DNA from: Candidatus Bathyarchaeota archaeon
Lineage (GTDB): Archaea > Thermoproteota > Bathyarchaeia > 40CM-2-53-6 > RBG-13-38-9
NCBI GenBank assembly: GCA_963807605.1
Contig: CAWECG010000003.1
Location: 1,093,265 to 1,157,264, forward strand
DNA: 64,000 nucleotides
Direction of reading: 5' to 3'
Every line of letters begins with the position of its first letter. Positions within the stretch are counted from its first letter, which is position 1. The notes below the pieces were generated by a model, which made no database searches, was not told the DNA's origin, and worked only from the letters and a program-made list of their open reading frames with translations. Made by a program: the position numbers and the translations under genes. This document shows, in pieces, positions 21,429-31,652 of this stretch.

Positions 21429-22499
21429 TTGAGGGTGGTCAAGACCGATGCTGCTTTGAGAGCTGTTTCAGCATACGCCTCGAAAGCGACCGTGCTTTTC
21501 CTCGTCTCTACATATATCCTTTCAATGTTGATGGGCTTGTTCCTTATGTTGCTGAGTCCACAAAGCGACAGCTTCAGTAAGAAGTCCGTCGAGAGCCTCC
21601 CGATAGGTCTCTTAACCATATTCGTCATAAGGGTGCCTGTAGCGACAACTTTCGGAGCAGTCTTCATAGTCTTATGGATTATTTATGCCATCTGCTTTGT
21701 ACTCGCCTGGACAATCAACGGTGGGTTTGTTAAGGCGCTGCAAGGGAAGACGTTACAGCGGCCCACTTCACCCACAGGAAACCTCCTTTTTGCCTTTCCG
21801 GCACTTTCCAGCTCGCTGTTGATCTTAGTAGTTCTAGTCCAGAGTTTCCAAGAAGCAGTAGGATTGCCGACGGGTGAAATTAAGATTACGTCTATCTATC
21901 GTGAACTCTTCGAACTTGCATACTCTCCGATATTCGAAGAAGTCATGTTCAGAATCTCTCCCTACGCGGTCTACGCTGTCGGACGGCTAGGCCTGATCTT
22001 TGCCACAAAAAGAACACAAGATCCTAGGTTCTACCTGAAGTCAATCTTCCTATCAGTATTATTCCCTGACCGCGCGAAGGAGGGTCTTGGATTGCCAAGC
22101 ATCAGGCTGAATGGAATTCGCCGAGCGGTCAATTCAGGGGAATGGGTTCTTATGATTTTGACCTCCGTGATCTTCGGCTTAGCCCACTACCTCTCAGGAT
22201 CCGGGTGGGAAATGGGCAAAGTGACATCATCGTTTCTGGCGGGGTTTGCGTTCTTCCTCGCATACCTAGCGTTTGGATTTTATGCACCAATACTACTTCA
22301 CTGGTTTTTCAATTATTATTTCGATGTCTACGAGATCGCAACCAGGGTCTATCAAGGATTATTCGAGTCGCTTGAAACCGCAATTGGCATGGTCGTCCAG
22401 ATTGTGGGACTTGTCGTGATCCTCGTTTATGTAATCTACCTTCTCAGAAGGATACATGATAAGTTCTCTCAGCAACAGGTTGAGACATCGATAGAGTAG
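21429..22499 (+). CDS. CPBP (Abi/CAAX) intramembrane metalloprotease
   Basis: PIFEEVMFR, FGLAH, PILLHWFFN; multiple TMs. Confidence 0.88.
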   Translation: MRVVKTDAALRAVSAYASKATVLFLVSTYILSMLMGLFLMLLSPQSDSFSKKSVESLPIGLLTIFVIRVPVATTFGAVFIVLWIIYAICFVLAWTINGGFVKALQGKTLQRPTSPTGNLLFAFPALSSSLLILVVLVQSFQEAVGLPTGEIKITSIYRELFELAYSPIFEEVMFRISPYAVYAVGRLGLIFATKRTQDPRFYLKSIFLSVLFPDRAKEGLGLPSIRLNGIRRAVNSGEWVLMILTSVIFGLAHYLSGSGWEMGKVTSSFLAGFAFFLAYLAFGFYAPILLHWFFNYYFDVYEIATRVYQGLFESLETAIGMVVQIVGLVVILVYVIYLLRRIHDKFSQQQVETSIE

Positions 22500-22563
22500 G
22501 TTCTATAATCTAGATAGTCTTTTCTGATCGATTAAGATTCACAGTTCTCCGGGATGGAAGCTC

Positions 22564-23391
22564 TTGACTGAAGACCAACTAATATTCTTGGGGACTGGGG
22601 GAGGGCGCTTCGCGATGATCACGCAGAGACGACGAACGGGAGGCATAAGAGTGATAGGTTCAGCGAACATACAGATGGATCCGGGACCAGGATCCATCGC
22701 ATACTCTAACCAACTCAACCTAGATCCTACAAAAGTCGACGCCTTATTGGTGTCTCATTGCCATCCAGATCATGACAGTGATGCTGAGATATACATTGAA
22801 GCAATGACAAACGGAGGAACACGAAAGAGAGGAACCTTGATAGCCCCTCGAGGAGTCCTTCGAGGAAACAGAGTCTGTGAACCTCGCATATCAAGCTATC
22901 ATAGACATATGATAGGGAGAATGGTTGAGGCAAGCATTGGATCCACAGTTGATCTTGATACGGTCAAGGTTAGGGTTACGGCTGCGAAACATGAAGACCC
23001 TGACGCCGTGGGCTTCAGGTTAAGTCTGCCATCAGGTGAGATTGGCTATACATCCGATACAGAATACTTTGAGGGTATTGAAAAGGAGTTCAAAGGTGTC
23101 AAGTTACTCGTGATGTGTGTTCTCCGCCCCAGAGGAGCTGCCATAAAGGGACATCTGTGCACGGACGATGCCATTAGGATCCTAAATGGAGTTAAGCCCG
23201 ACTTCTGTGTCATAACGGGATTCGGTATGAAGATGATATACTCCGACCCGAAAAACGAAGCGAGATTCATGGAGGAATCGACGAGGGTTAAGACTGTTGC
23301 TGCAACAGACAACATGAGGCTGAACTTAGGAGAAGACGCAGAACCTCAGAAGGGACAGGAATTCTTGGGTAGATTCCTGGACACGCCCTGA
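22564..23391 (+). CDS. MBL-fold metallo-hydrolase
   Basis: FLGTGGG, SHCHPDH, YTSDT. Confidence 0.88.
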   Translation: MTEDQLIFLGTGGGRFAMITQRRRTGGIRVIGSANIQMDPGPGSIAYSNQLNLDPTKVDALLVSHCHPDHDSDAEIYIEAMTNGGTRKRGTLIAPRGVLRGNRVCEPRISSYHRHMIGRMVEASIGSTVDLDTVKVRVTAAKHEDPDAVGFRLSLPSGEIGYTSDTEYFEGIEKEFKGVKLLVMCVLRPRGAAIKGHLCTDDAIRILNGVKPDFCVITGFGMKMIYSDPKNEARFMEESTRVKTVAATDNMRLNLGEDAEPQKGQEFLGRFLDTP

Positions 23392-23489
23392 ACCCTCTAA
23401 GATCTGAGCATTTTGGAAATGCTTTTGAAGCAAATCCAGTAAATTGGACTCTCAAGCTTGATTAACATGGCGATGTAGTGCTGGTGTAG

Positions 23490-25961
23490 TTGCTGGAAAC
23501 CCGACACAATTCAGAACTGCCAAAGACTTACGATCCTTTAGCCAGCGAAGCTAAATGGCAGCAACTCTGGAGCCAATGGAATCTATACGCCTTCGATCGT
23601 CATGACAGAAGTCGCCTAACTTACAGCATAGATACGCCTCCTCCTTATCCCAGCGGTGAGTTCCATATGGGGAACGCCTTGAACTGGTGCTACTTCGATT
23701 TTGCTGCAAGGTACAAACGGATGAGGGGTTTCAACGTCCTCTTCCCTCAGGGCTGGGATTGTCACGGTCTTCCAACAGAAGTCAGAGCGGAAAAAGTCTA
23801 TGGAATACGGAAGCGTGAGGTCTCGGTCCAGAAGTTCAAGGAACTCTGTGTCAATCTCACCAATGAGTACATAGAGAAGATGAAGAGAGCAATGAATGCT
23901 ATGGGTTACTCAATGGATTGGAGCCTCGAGTACCGAACAATGGATCCAGCGTACTACCGCGCTACTCAACTCTCGTTCCTCATCCTCCACAGGAAAGGCT
24001 ACATCTACCAAGGAGAACACCCAGTCAACTGGTGTCCCAGATGTGAGACAGCTATAGCCGAGGCTGAAGTCACCTACGGCGAGCGAGAGAGTGAACTTAC
24101 ATACGTGACTTTCGGTTCAGGAGGAAACCAACTGGTTATAGCCACTACACGTCCAGAGCTTCTTCCGGCATGCGTCGCTGTAGCTGTAAACCCAAGCGAT
24201 GATAGGTACAAGTCGTATGTTGAAAGTGAGATTGAGGTTCCGCTCGTTGGGCGAAAAGTCAAGATCCTAGCCGACAAAGATGTAGATCCCGCATTTGGAA
24301 CCGGCGTTGTAATGGTATGCACCTTCGGAGACAAGACTGACGTAAAGTGGCAGAAGAAGTACGATCTCCCAATAATCCCACTAATAACTGAGGACGGCCA
24401 CATGAGCGAAGCCAGCGCGAAATACAAAGGCCTCAGTATAACCGAAGCCAAAAAGGCTCTGACCACAGATCTCAGGGCCAATAACTTGGTGGTAAAGGCA
24501 GACAAGATTAGGCAAAGCATTGGCACCTGTTGGCGATGCGACACACCAGTTGAGATAATCTCAAAGATACAATGGTTCATGAGGACACGGGATATGACCG
24601 AGGATGTCATAGAGTGGACTGACAAGGTGCACTGGATTCCCGAGTTCTCAAAGCATAGATTGATAGATTGGGCGAGATCTCTTGATTGGGATTGGGTCAT
24701 CTCCCGGCAGAGAGTCTTTGCAACTCCAATTCCAATATGGTACTGCAAGGGCTGTAGACAGGTTCTTGTTGCTGAGAGTGAATGGATCCCAATCGACCCC
24801 CGATCGGAGCCCCCGAAAATAGACAAATGTCCAAGGTGCGAGTCCACGGAGTTCATTGGGGAAAACGATGTCATGGACACTTGGATGGACTCATCGATCA
24901 CGTGTGCTGTCCACGCCGGCTGGCCTGACGATGAGAAGTCCTTTGAGAGACTCTTCCCAGTCGATCTCCAGCCTAACGGGCTCGACATAATCAGAACTTG
25001 GGACTACTACCTGATGGTCAAGAACCTAGCCCTCTTCGGGAAGGCACCATACAAGACTGTCTTGATAAACGGCATGGTAAGAGGTGCTGATGGCCGGATG
25101 ATGCACAAGTCTTTTGGAAACTACGTGGAGGCGTATGAGGCAACATCAAAGTATGGAGCTGATGCATTAAGGCAATGGGCCGCCGCAGGCGGAGCCACCG
25201 GCTATGATCTACCCTTCAATTGGGGTGAGGTTGAGTACGGCAAAAAGTTCCTGACCAAACTCTGGAACGCATCCAGATTCGTTCTAACAAACCTTAAAGA
25301 TTTTGAAAACGAAGAAGTCAAGTCCGAACTCATTGATCGATGGATCTTGAGTAAACTAGAGAGAATGACCACACAAGTCACCCGAGCCTACGAGAGCTTC
25401 CAGTTCAACACTGCGCTTGAAGGCATCAGGAACTTCACTTGGCACATCTTCTGCGACCAATACCTTGAGGCAGTTAAACATCGACTTTACAATACCGATG
25501 CCACAGCCGCCCAGCGTCGAAAGGCCGCCCAGTATGGGCTACACTGCTGTCTACTCAGGATCGTTCAGTTACTCGCCCCAATCTGCCCACACCTATCTGA
25601 AGAGATCTACCAGAACATGATATCTCTGAATAGCAAGCCGAAGAGCATTCACCTAACTGCTTGGCCTCAGCCAGACCAAGAATTAGTCGATGACAAATCT
25701 GAACGAGACGGCGACGCCATTCTAGCTCTAGTTTCCGAGATAAGACGCGTAAAATCTGAACAAAAGATATCTCTCAAAGCACCAATCAAGACCATACAAA
25801 TCTATTCAGACAAAGACTACTTTGAAGCGATAAACAGTTCCGTTGAAGATATCGCTAGCATTCTACACTCCAACATCGTTAAGATTACGCCCCTAACGAA
25901 AGGTAGTCCGGGCAGAGAAATCCAAGACTATCCCACAATCAAGATCACAGTTGACATATAG
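23490..25961 (+). CDS. valS: Valine-tRNA ligase
   Basis: DTPPPY, HMGN (HIGH), DWVISRQR, MMHKS (KMSKS). Confidence 0.95.
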   Translation: MLETRHNSELPKTYDPLASEAKWQQLWSQWNLYAFDRHDRSRLTYSIDTPPPYPSGEFHMGNALNWCYFDFAARYKRMRGFNVLFPQGWDCHGLPTEVRAEKVYGIRKREVSVQKFKELCVNLTNEYIEKMKRAMNAMGYSMDWSLEYRTMDPAYYRATQLSFLILHRKGYIYQGEHPVNWCPRCETAIAEAEVTYGERESELTYVTFGSGGNQLVIATTRPELLPACVAVAVNPSDDRYKSYVESEIEVPLVGRKVKILADKDVDPAFGTGVVMVCTFGDKTDVKWQKKYDLPIIPLITEDGHMSEASAKYKGLSITEAKKALTTDLRANNLVVKADKIRQSIGTCWRCDTPVEIISKIQWFMRTRDMTEDVIEWTDKVHWIPEFSKHRLIDWARSLDWDWVISRQRVFATPIPIWYCKGCRQVLVAESEWIPIDPRSEPPKIDKCPRCESTEFIGENDVMDTWMDSSITCAVHAGWPDDEKSFERLFPVDLQPNGLDIIRTWDYYLMVKNLALFGKAPYKTVLINGMVRGADGRMMHKSFGNYVEAYEATSKYGADALRQWAAAGGATGYDLPFNWGEVEYGKKFLTKLWNASRFVLTNLKDFENEEVKSELIDRWILSKLERMTTQVTRAYESFQFNTALEGIRNFTWHIFCDQYLEAVKHRLYNTDATAAQRRKAAQYGLHCCLLRIVQLLAPICPHLSEEIYQNMISLNSKPKSIHLTAWPQPDQELVDDKSERDGDAILALVSEIRRVKSEQKISLKAPIKTIQIYSDKDYFEAINSSVEDIASILHSNIVKITPLTKGSPGREIQDYPTIKITVDI

Positions 25962-26020
25962 ACGTAAGTGCAGGTTCTTCCAGCAAGTTTTTAATAGGAA
26001 AAACATTGCTGTAGGAGTCG

Positions 26021-26112
26021 TAAGTTAGGAATTGCCAGATGAGAAGTCTTAACCGATATGCCGGCGTGAAGGCAAGACTACTTTTCATCTCTATCCAAAC
26101 CTTCCTAGCTTA
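26021..26112 (+). promoter_or_regulatory. Structured 5' leader of TRAM-SSB operon
   Basis: Nested stems TAAGTTAGGAA/TTCCTAGCTTA and AGATGAGAAGT/ACTTTTCATCT; TATA-like TTTTTAAT at ~25988. Confidence 0.55.
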
Positions 26113-26136
26113 GAGAGAGGAGGAAAGATAATAGGT

Positions 26137-26394
26137 ATGGAAGAAGGATCTGTAGGCTCCACGCCGAGATCAGAGAGGGGATTCCAAAAAGGTCCGGGAA
26201 GATTCGGCCAACCCGTACCTGTCAAAGAGGGCGAGGAACACGAGGTTACAATTGAGACCGTAGGAAGAAAAGGCGATTGCATAGAAAAAATCCTGAACTT
26301 CATAATATTCGTGCCGAATACCAAAGCTGGAGATAAAGTAAAGGTTAAGATAACAGGGATTCGAGGATCCTTTGCGACAACTATAGTCCAATAA
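26137..26394 (+). CDS. Single TRAM domain RNA-binding protein
   Basis: PVKEGEEHEVTIE..G.KGD....FIIFVP. Confidence 0.88.
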   Translation: MEEGSVGSTPRSERGFQKGPGRFGQPVPVKEGEEHEVTIETVGRKGDCIEKILNFIIFVPNTKAGDKVKVKITGIRGSFATTIVQ

Positions 26395-26406
26395 GGAGCA
26401 AAGAGA

Positions 26407-26697
26407 ATGAAGATTAATGAATTAAGAGAGGGCATGAGAAGGGTCGAGCTAGAGGGTAAAATTCTAGACATAGGCGAGGTAAGGGAGGTTACAACTAAAT
26501 TTGGAGAACCAGGCCGAGTGGCAACTGCGACTTTGGAAGATGATTCGGGCACAACAAAACTATCACTATGGAATGAAATGATAGAAACCGTCAGTGTCAA
26601 CGACAAAGTCAAGATCGAGAACGGCTACGTCACTAGCTTCAGAGACGAGTCTCAACTCAACGTAGGAAGATACGGAAAGCTAACCGTTATCAAATGA
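26407..26697 (+). CDS. Single OB-fold ssDNA-binding protein (SSB/RPA)
   Basis: KINELREG, LEDDSG...LSLW, IENGYV, LNVGRYG. Confidence 0.88.
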   Translation: MKINELREGMRRVELEGKILDIGEVREVTTKFGEPGRVATATLEDDSGTTKLSLWNEMIETVSVNDKVKIENGYVTSFRDESQLNVGRYGKLTVIK

Positions 26698-27090
26698 GTT
26701 ACATTAGGTCTTTGTTCTAGCGACACCGAGAAGTCAGTTCACTAATCATCACAACAGTTGGACCCAGTGCAGTCCGTTGGGATAATCTAAAGACCTCTCT
26801 CACGCTAGTAGAAGGAGCACACGTAAACGGTCCAGCTGGGCTGTACCGCCGGATGAGAATAACCGTAACATTTTAGCTTTTCCGGAAGAAGGATCTCGAT
26901 TTAGTAGCCACACTTCTTTCAGTGGTTTGATGGTGTTTCCACCGAATCTGATAACATTTTTTCTCAAGAAAAACATTTAAGGGTGCAATTCTGGGAAATA
27001 AATCAATTCAGTAGAGTGGCGAAGAAACCTTAGAACTCGAAGGATAATCATCTGGTATCATTGATTCAGAGTAATTATGGAAGAAGACAT

Positions 27091-27639
27091 ATGGCGAAAA
27101 GAGTTAGAACCGTTCACGGAATGTTTCTTCCCAGAGCGTATTTTGTCACCAGCGGCGAAGGAACAAGCACCGAGTCGCATCTAAATGCTTTCGATGATGC
27201 ATTGAGTGAGGCAGGAATTGATGAATGCAATCTAGTCTACATCTCATCCATAATTCCCGCAGATGCGATCGAGGTTAAACGTATACGCATAACTCCAGCA
27301 TCCATCACCTTCGCTGTGGTTGCAAGGACGGACGGAGACGAGGGGGAAGTCATCGGCGCCGGGATAGGTTACACAAAATGTCGGGACAGGAAAGGTCCTA
27401 GTTATGGGTTTGTTGCAGAAAACCACGGCTACAAAGACGAAGACACAATAGCTTCAGAACTTCTCAAGAGGATGAAGAGAATGGCATCCGATAGGAACAT
27501 GGCCCTAGTGGACCCAAAGGTTCTGGTAAGGAGTATGCGCGTCCCCAAGGATCGTTACGGGTGTGTAGTTGTCGCACTGGTATATGTGCCCTTCACCGCC
27601 GAGATAGGTGAGAGAATACAGAAAGCTGGGGAAAGATAA
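27091..27639 (+). CDS. pdaD: Pyruvoyl-dependent arginine decarboxylase
   Basis: LNAFDDAL..AGI..CNLVYISSIIP (Ser-Ser cleavage site). Confidence 0.88.
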   Translation: MAKRVRTVHGMFLPRAYFVTSGEGTSTESHLNAFDDALSEAGIDECNLVYISSIIPADAIEVKRIRITPASITFAVVARTDGDEGEVIGAGIGYTKCRDRKGPSYGFVAENHGYKDEDTIASELLKRMKRMASDRNMALVDPKVLVRSMRVPKDRYGCVVVALVYVPFTAEIGERIQKAGER

Positions 27640-27767
27640 GAAGAAGACGAAAAAAGACTTCTCGATGATTCATCTGGAAGCGCGCACGACGGTTAATAGT
27701 ATCGATGAGGACGTTGTCGTCAGAAGAACACAAGAGAAATACTTCTGCAGCGCCTTCAATATTGAGA

Positions 27768-27904
27768 TGGCGCCGGGAGAGGGATTCGAACCCTCGCGGC
27801 CCGTAAGGGCCACAGGCTCTCTCTGGATCACTCAAGGCTTACGCAGATTTTCTGCGCCTCTTGACCCTCATAGATCTAAGGTTGATCCGCTCGGCCATCC
27901 CGGC
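27768..27904 (-). tRNA. tRNA-Ser(UGA) with three introns (~22/23, 29/30, 37/38)
   Basis: Acceptor GCCGGGA/TCCCGGC, G73, encoded CCA, T-arm GAGGG TTCGAAT CCCTC, long variable arm; removing 27881-27859, 27851-27839 and 27830-27819 gives an 89-nt cloverleaf with loop CT TGA GA. Confidence 0.85.
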
Positions 27905-27999
27905 TAATTGGGGGTTGAGGGTACTTTGCTATAAGACTGTCTACTCTAGCAGTACAATTAAGCTCCATCATTCTTGGGCAATCGAGGTCTTCCTAGACC

Positions 28000-29078
28000 T
28001 GCTGTGTTGCATGACTAGACATTTTTGTTTATGGATGTAGGTTTGAGTTTTCGGTTTATTGACGTGGAAGTGGTTGGATGATCTATATTGCCTGTGAGAG
28101 AACTATTCCACGATTGTGATTGGCTGCTAGAGATTGGAGACGCATCAATGAGGGTCTCGTGAAGCGTGGGGAGATCCTGCTTGACCCACGCATCCTTGAC
28201 AGGTGGAACATTGAGCTTGAAAAGATGAATACTGGGAAGGAAGGTGGACAATACGTCTACCCTGAGATCTTCATCAGGCTTCTAGGCTACATGCACCTGC
28301 TATTCCACCTACCCTACAGGCAGACAGAAGGATTCCTCAAAGCCCTGAGAAGATTCGACTCAAGGATCCATGTGCCTGACTATTCAACCATAGATAGACG
28401 CGTGAACAGGTTAGATGTGAAGCTGGATGAGAAAGATTATGGCGACGACATAGTCCTGGCGGTGGACGCATCAGGCATCAAGGTGGCTAACCGCGGCGAA
28501 TGGATACGCCATAAATGGAAGGTGAGACGCGGATACCTCAAGATCCATATCGCCGTTGATGTAAAGCGGAAGAAGATACTCGCCTTGAAGGTGACGGATG
28601 AGAAGACAGGTGACGGAGGGATGCTCCAGCCGCTTGTTGATGAAGCCTCCAAGAAAGGTAAGGTCGCCAAGGCAATTGGCGACGGAGCATACGATATGAA
28701 AAGCAACTTCCGCTATCTCAACGCAAAAGGGATTGAGCCAGCCATCAAGGTGCGCAAGAACACATCCAGCAGGGCCGGAGGATGCATGCCCAGAAAGCTC
28801 GTAGCCCAAGAATACCTCAAAGACCCTGAAGCCTGGAAACACAATCATGGCTACGGGTATAGATGGATGGCTGAATCAGCCTTCTCATCGCTGAAGCGAA
28901 CCTTCGGAGAATACGTCTCAGCCAAAACGATGCAAAACATGGCACAGGAGATGATGATCAAAGCCTCACTATACAACATGCTGATAGAAACAACCACAGC
29001 AACACACGGCTAGACGAAACCTGAAGACAGCCAACAAAAGCGAAAAACATCACTGAAACCTAGTCGCGCAACACAGCA
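28000..29078 (+). mobile_element. IS5-family (ISH1/IS903-like) insertion sequence, 1079 bp
   Basis: 19-bp imperfect terminal IRs TGCTGTGTTGCATGACTAG / CTAGTCGCGCAACACAGCA; 8-bp TSD CCTAGACC at 27992-27999 and 29079-29086. Confidence 0.92.
28120..29013 (+). CDS. IS5-family DDE transposase
   Basis: PDYSTI, AVDASG, GDGAYD, YGYRWMAESAFS. Confidence 0.92.
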   Translation: MAARDWRRINEGLVKRGEILLDPRILDRWNIELEKMNTGKEGGQYVYPEIFIRLLGYMHLLFHLPYRQTEGFLKALRRFDSRIHVPDYSTIDRRVNRLDVKLDEKDYGDDIVLAVDASGIKVANRGEWIRHKWKVRRGYLKIHIAVDVKRKKILALKVTDEKTGDGGMLQPLVDEASKKGKVAKAIGDGAYDMKSNFRYLNAKGIEPAIKVRKNTSSRAGGCMPRKLVAQEYLKDPEAWKHNHGYGYRWMAESAFSSLKRTFGEYVSAKTMQNMAQEMMIKASLYNMLIETTTATHG

Positions 29079-29079
29079 C

Positions 29080-29433
29080 CTAGACCGTAACGCACTTATC
29101 GAGAACCCCGGACTTCTTCAACATCTCCAAGGCATCGTTGTACTTTTTCTCGTCTTTGAATATCTCATTAAGCATCTTCTCTTGCGAGTGTGCTCCAGGC
29201 TTGACTGAGACCTCAACTTCCTTTCCAGTCTTCTTCTCCAAAGCGTACTTGATTAGAGCGCCGATTATACCTCCCATAGGGCAGAACGGTGAGGTGGGAG
29301 TGAATAGAACTCTGATCTTACCATCATCAAGAGTGATGTCTTCTTCACTGACTATCTTGAGGTCTATTACCGAGAGAGGATACTCTGGATCGTAAACCTT
29401 GCTCAGAACCTCGACCAACTCGCTCTTATTCAA
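29080..29433 (-). CDS. DUF59/SufT-like Fe-S assembly protein
   Basis: VYDPE...DL.IV...TPTSPFCP. Confidence 0.85.
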   Translation of the reverse strand: MNKSELVEVLSKVYDPEYPLSVIDLKIVSEEDITLDDGKIRVLFTPTSPFCPMGGIIGALIKYALEKKTGKEVEVSVKPGAHSQEKMLNEIFKDEKKYNDALEMLKKSGVLDKCVTV

Positions 29434-29562
29434 TGCTAAAGGCCTCAGAGTAACTTATCTGACCGCTTTTTTATCTTCATCGGCTACTCCATATATACGT
29501 ATTGAAACAGATCAGAACTTCTTTCAATAGATTTTTGAGTCTACCTGCCAACTAAACAACTG

Positions 29563-30018
29563 ATGAGATTGTCAGAGTACGAGAGTCCTCAAAGAGGCTT
29601 TAGGTTTCTTGATTACATGGGGGATGCATATGTAGAGGCCTACGGCTCGAGTCTTGAGGAAGCCTACGCAAACGCAGCTTTGGCAATGTTCGAAGTCATG
29701 ACAGATGCCTCCAAGGTTGAGCCGAAGATCGAGGAGTCAGTTGAGGTTGAGGGAGATGATCTCAAGTCTCTTCTTTACTCTTGGCTGGAAAGCCTCTTGA
29801 TAAGGTATGGAATTGAGAACAGACTCTACTCAAAGTTCGTGGTTGAGAAGATTGACATCGACAATAGCCACGCTAGGTTGAAGGCAAGTATCTTCGGAGA
29901 AGATTTCAATCACTTGAAGCACCCATCTAAGACGGAGGTAAAGGCGATTACCTTCCATTTGATGGAGATAGAACATTCAGAAGATAAGTATCGACTAAGA
30001 TTTCTCCTTGATCTATAA
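29563..30018 (+). CDS. Archease
   Basis: AYGSSLEEAYANAALAMF, EVKAITFH, FLLDL. Confidence 0.9.
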   Translation: MRLSEYESPQRGFRFLDYMGDAYVEAYGSSLEEAYANAALAMFEVMTDASKVEPKIEESVEVEGDDLKSLLYSWLESLLIRYGIENRLYSKFVVEKIDIDNSHARLKASIFGEDFNHLKHPSKTEVKAITFHLMEIEHSEDKYRLRFLLDL

Positions 30019-30173
30019 TAAACACGAGAGCTAAACGCAAGATCGTCTTCGAAATTGCACGTGTCTGCTTCATAGTTCTTATTTGTCGTGATTCGATGTT
30101 GAATTTGCTCAAAACAACTTAAATCTGTCTGCAGTCCAACAATAGTCAAAACGCAAAGGAAAGAGGATGCTTA

Positions 30174-31652
30174 TTGTCTGAGAAAGAGTCGAGACCACCA
30201 ACAAGGCCGGTTGAACTGAATAAGATTAGTGAGAACATCTGGGAGATACCTCAATCTTCACGGACTGGAATGAGGGTTCCGGGGAGAGTCTACGCAGATG
30301 ATACGCTGATGGAGAAGATGAAGCTCGACAGGACACTGAATCAATGTGCCAATGTTGCCTATCTTCCCGGAATCTATAAGTGGGCAATAACCCTCCCAGA
30401 CGGTCACGAAGGGTACGGCTTCCCCATAGGCGGAGTCGCAGCTACCGACTACGATGAGGGCGTAATCAGTCCAGGAGGAGTCGGCTACGACATTAACTGT
30501 GGAACCAGACTTCTGAGGACGAACCTGACAGAGTCTGAGATCAGACCAGTGCTTCCCAGACTTCTCGATACATTATTCAACTACATACCTTCGGGATTAG
30601 GAAGTAGGGGCCAGATCAAAGTAAGCCATGTTGAGCTTGACAAGGTATTATCAGACGGCGTTCAGTGGGCGGTCGATAGAGGCTACGGGTGGTCTGAAGA
30701 TGCGGCAAAGAGTGAAGAGGAAGGCTGCATGGAGACTGCTGACCCAAACAAAGTCTCTCCAACAGCGAAGTCGAGAGGATCCCCTCAGCTGGGCAGTCTC
30801 GGCAGTGGAAACCATTTCTTGGAGATCGAGAAGGTCGACGCTATCTTCAATGCCGAGGCAGCGAGAGTCTTCGGAATAGAAAGAGTCGGTCAGATACTGG
30901 TCTTCATTCACACTGGCAGCAGAGGACTGGGTCATCAAGTCTGCAGTGACTATCTCCAAGTGATGGACCGCGCAATAAGCAAGTATAAGATTGAACTGCC
31001 AGACCGTGAACTCGCTTGCGCACCGGGAAAGAGTCGTGAAGCTGAGGACTATATCCCAGCCATGGGCTCAGCCTGCAACTTTGCCTGGGCGAATAGACAG
31101 ATGATTACCCACTGGACCCGAGAAGCTTTCGAGAAGGTCTTCAACACACCTGCGGACAAAATTGGTCTCCAACTCATCTACGATGTAGCCCACAATATAG
31201 CGAAGATAGAAGAGCACCAAGTGAACGGGAAAAGAGCAAAGGTGTACGTGCATCGCAAAGGAGCGACAAGAGCCTTTCCACCAGGCCACAGTGCCCTACC
31301 GGCAGCCTACCGTGAAGTGGGTCAACCCGTACACATACCGGGCAGTATGGGAACGGCATCATGGGTTCTTCTTGGAGCGCAAAAGTCCATGGAGCTAAGC
31401 TTCGGCTCGACAGCCCACGGTGCTGGAAGAAACCTCAGCAGAACTGCGGCCAGGCGTCGTTACCTAGGTGAAGATGTAAAGAGGGACTTGGAGAAGCAAG
31501 GGATCCTCGTCAAAGCCGCAAGCATAACTGTTGTCAGCGAGGAGGCTCCAGGTGCTTACAAGGATGTCGATCGCGTCGCGGATGTCAGTCACAAACTTGG
31601 GATAGCGACAAAAGTCGCGAGGCTTGTGCCGATAGGAGTTACCAAAGGTTAA
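30174..31652 (+). CDS. rtcB: RNA-splicing ligase RtcB
   Basis: PDGHEGYGFPIGG, GYDINCG, GNHFLE, HRKGAT, PGSMG, HGAGR. Confidence 0.95.
   Translation: MSEKESRPPTRPVELNKISENIWEIPQSSRTGMRVPGRVYADDTLMEKMKLDRTLNQCANVAYLPGIYKWAITLPDGHEGYGFPIGGVAATDYDEGVISPGGVGYDINCGTRLLRTNLTESEIRPVLPRLLDTLFNYIPSGLGSRGQIKVSHVELDKVLSDGVQWAVDRGYGWSEDAAKSEEEGCMETADPNKVSPTAKSRGSPQLGSLGSGNHFLEIEKVDAIFNAEAARVFGIERVGQILVFIHTGSRGLGHQVCSDYLQVMDRAISKYKIELPDRELACAPGKSREAEDYIPAMGSACNFAWANRQMITHWTREAFEKVFNTPADKIGLQLIYDVAHNIAKIEEHQVNGKRAKVYVHRKGATRAFPPGHSALPAAYREVGQPVHIPGSMGTASWVLLGAQKSMELSFGSTAHGAGRNLSRTAARRRYLGEDVKRDLEKQGILVKAASITVVSEEAPGAYKDVDRVADVSHKLGIATKVARLVPIGVTKG

Noticed and set aside
24074-24988. Long antisense ORFs over valS and ribosomal genes (also 34883..35512, 38993..39712)
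   Set aside because: Antisense shadows of conserved genes with no motifs of their own.
27608-27907. 99-aa ORF (and antisense 80-aa ORF) after pdaD
   Set aside because: They overlap the tRNA-Ser(UGA) gene; shadow ORFs.
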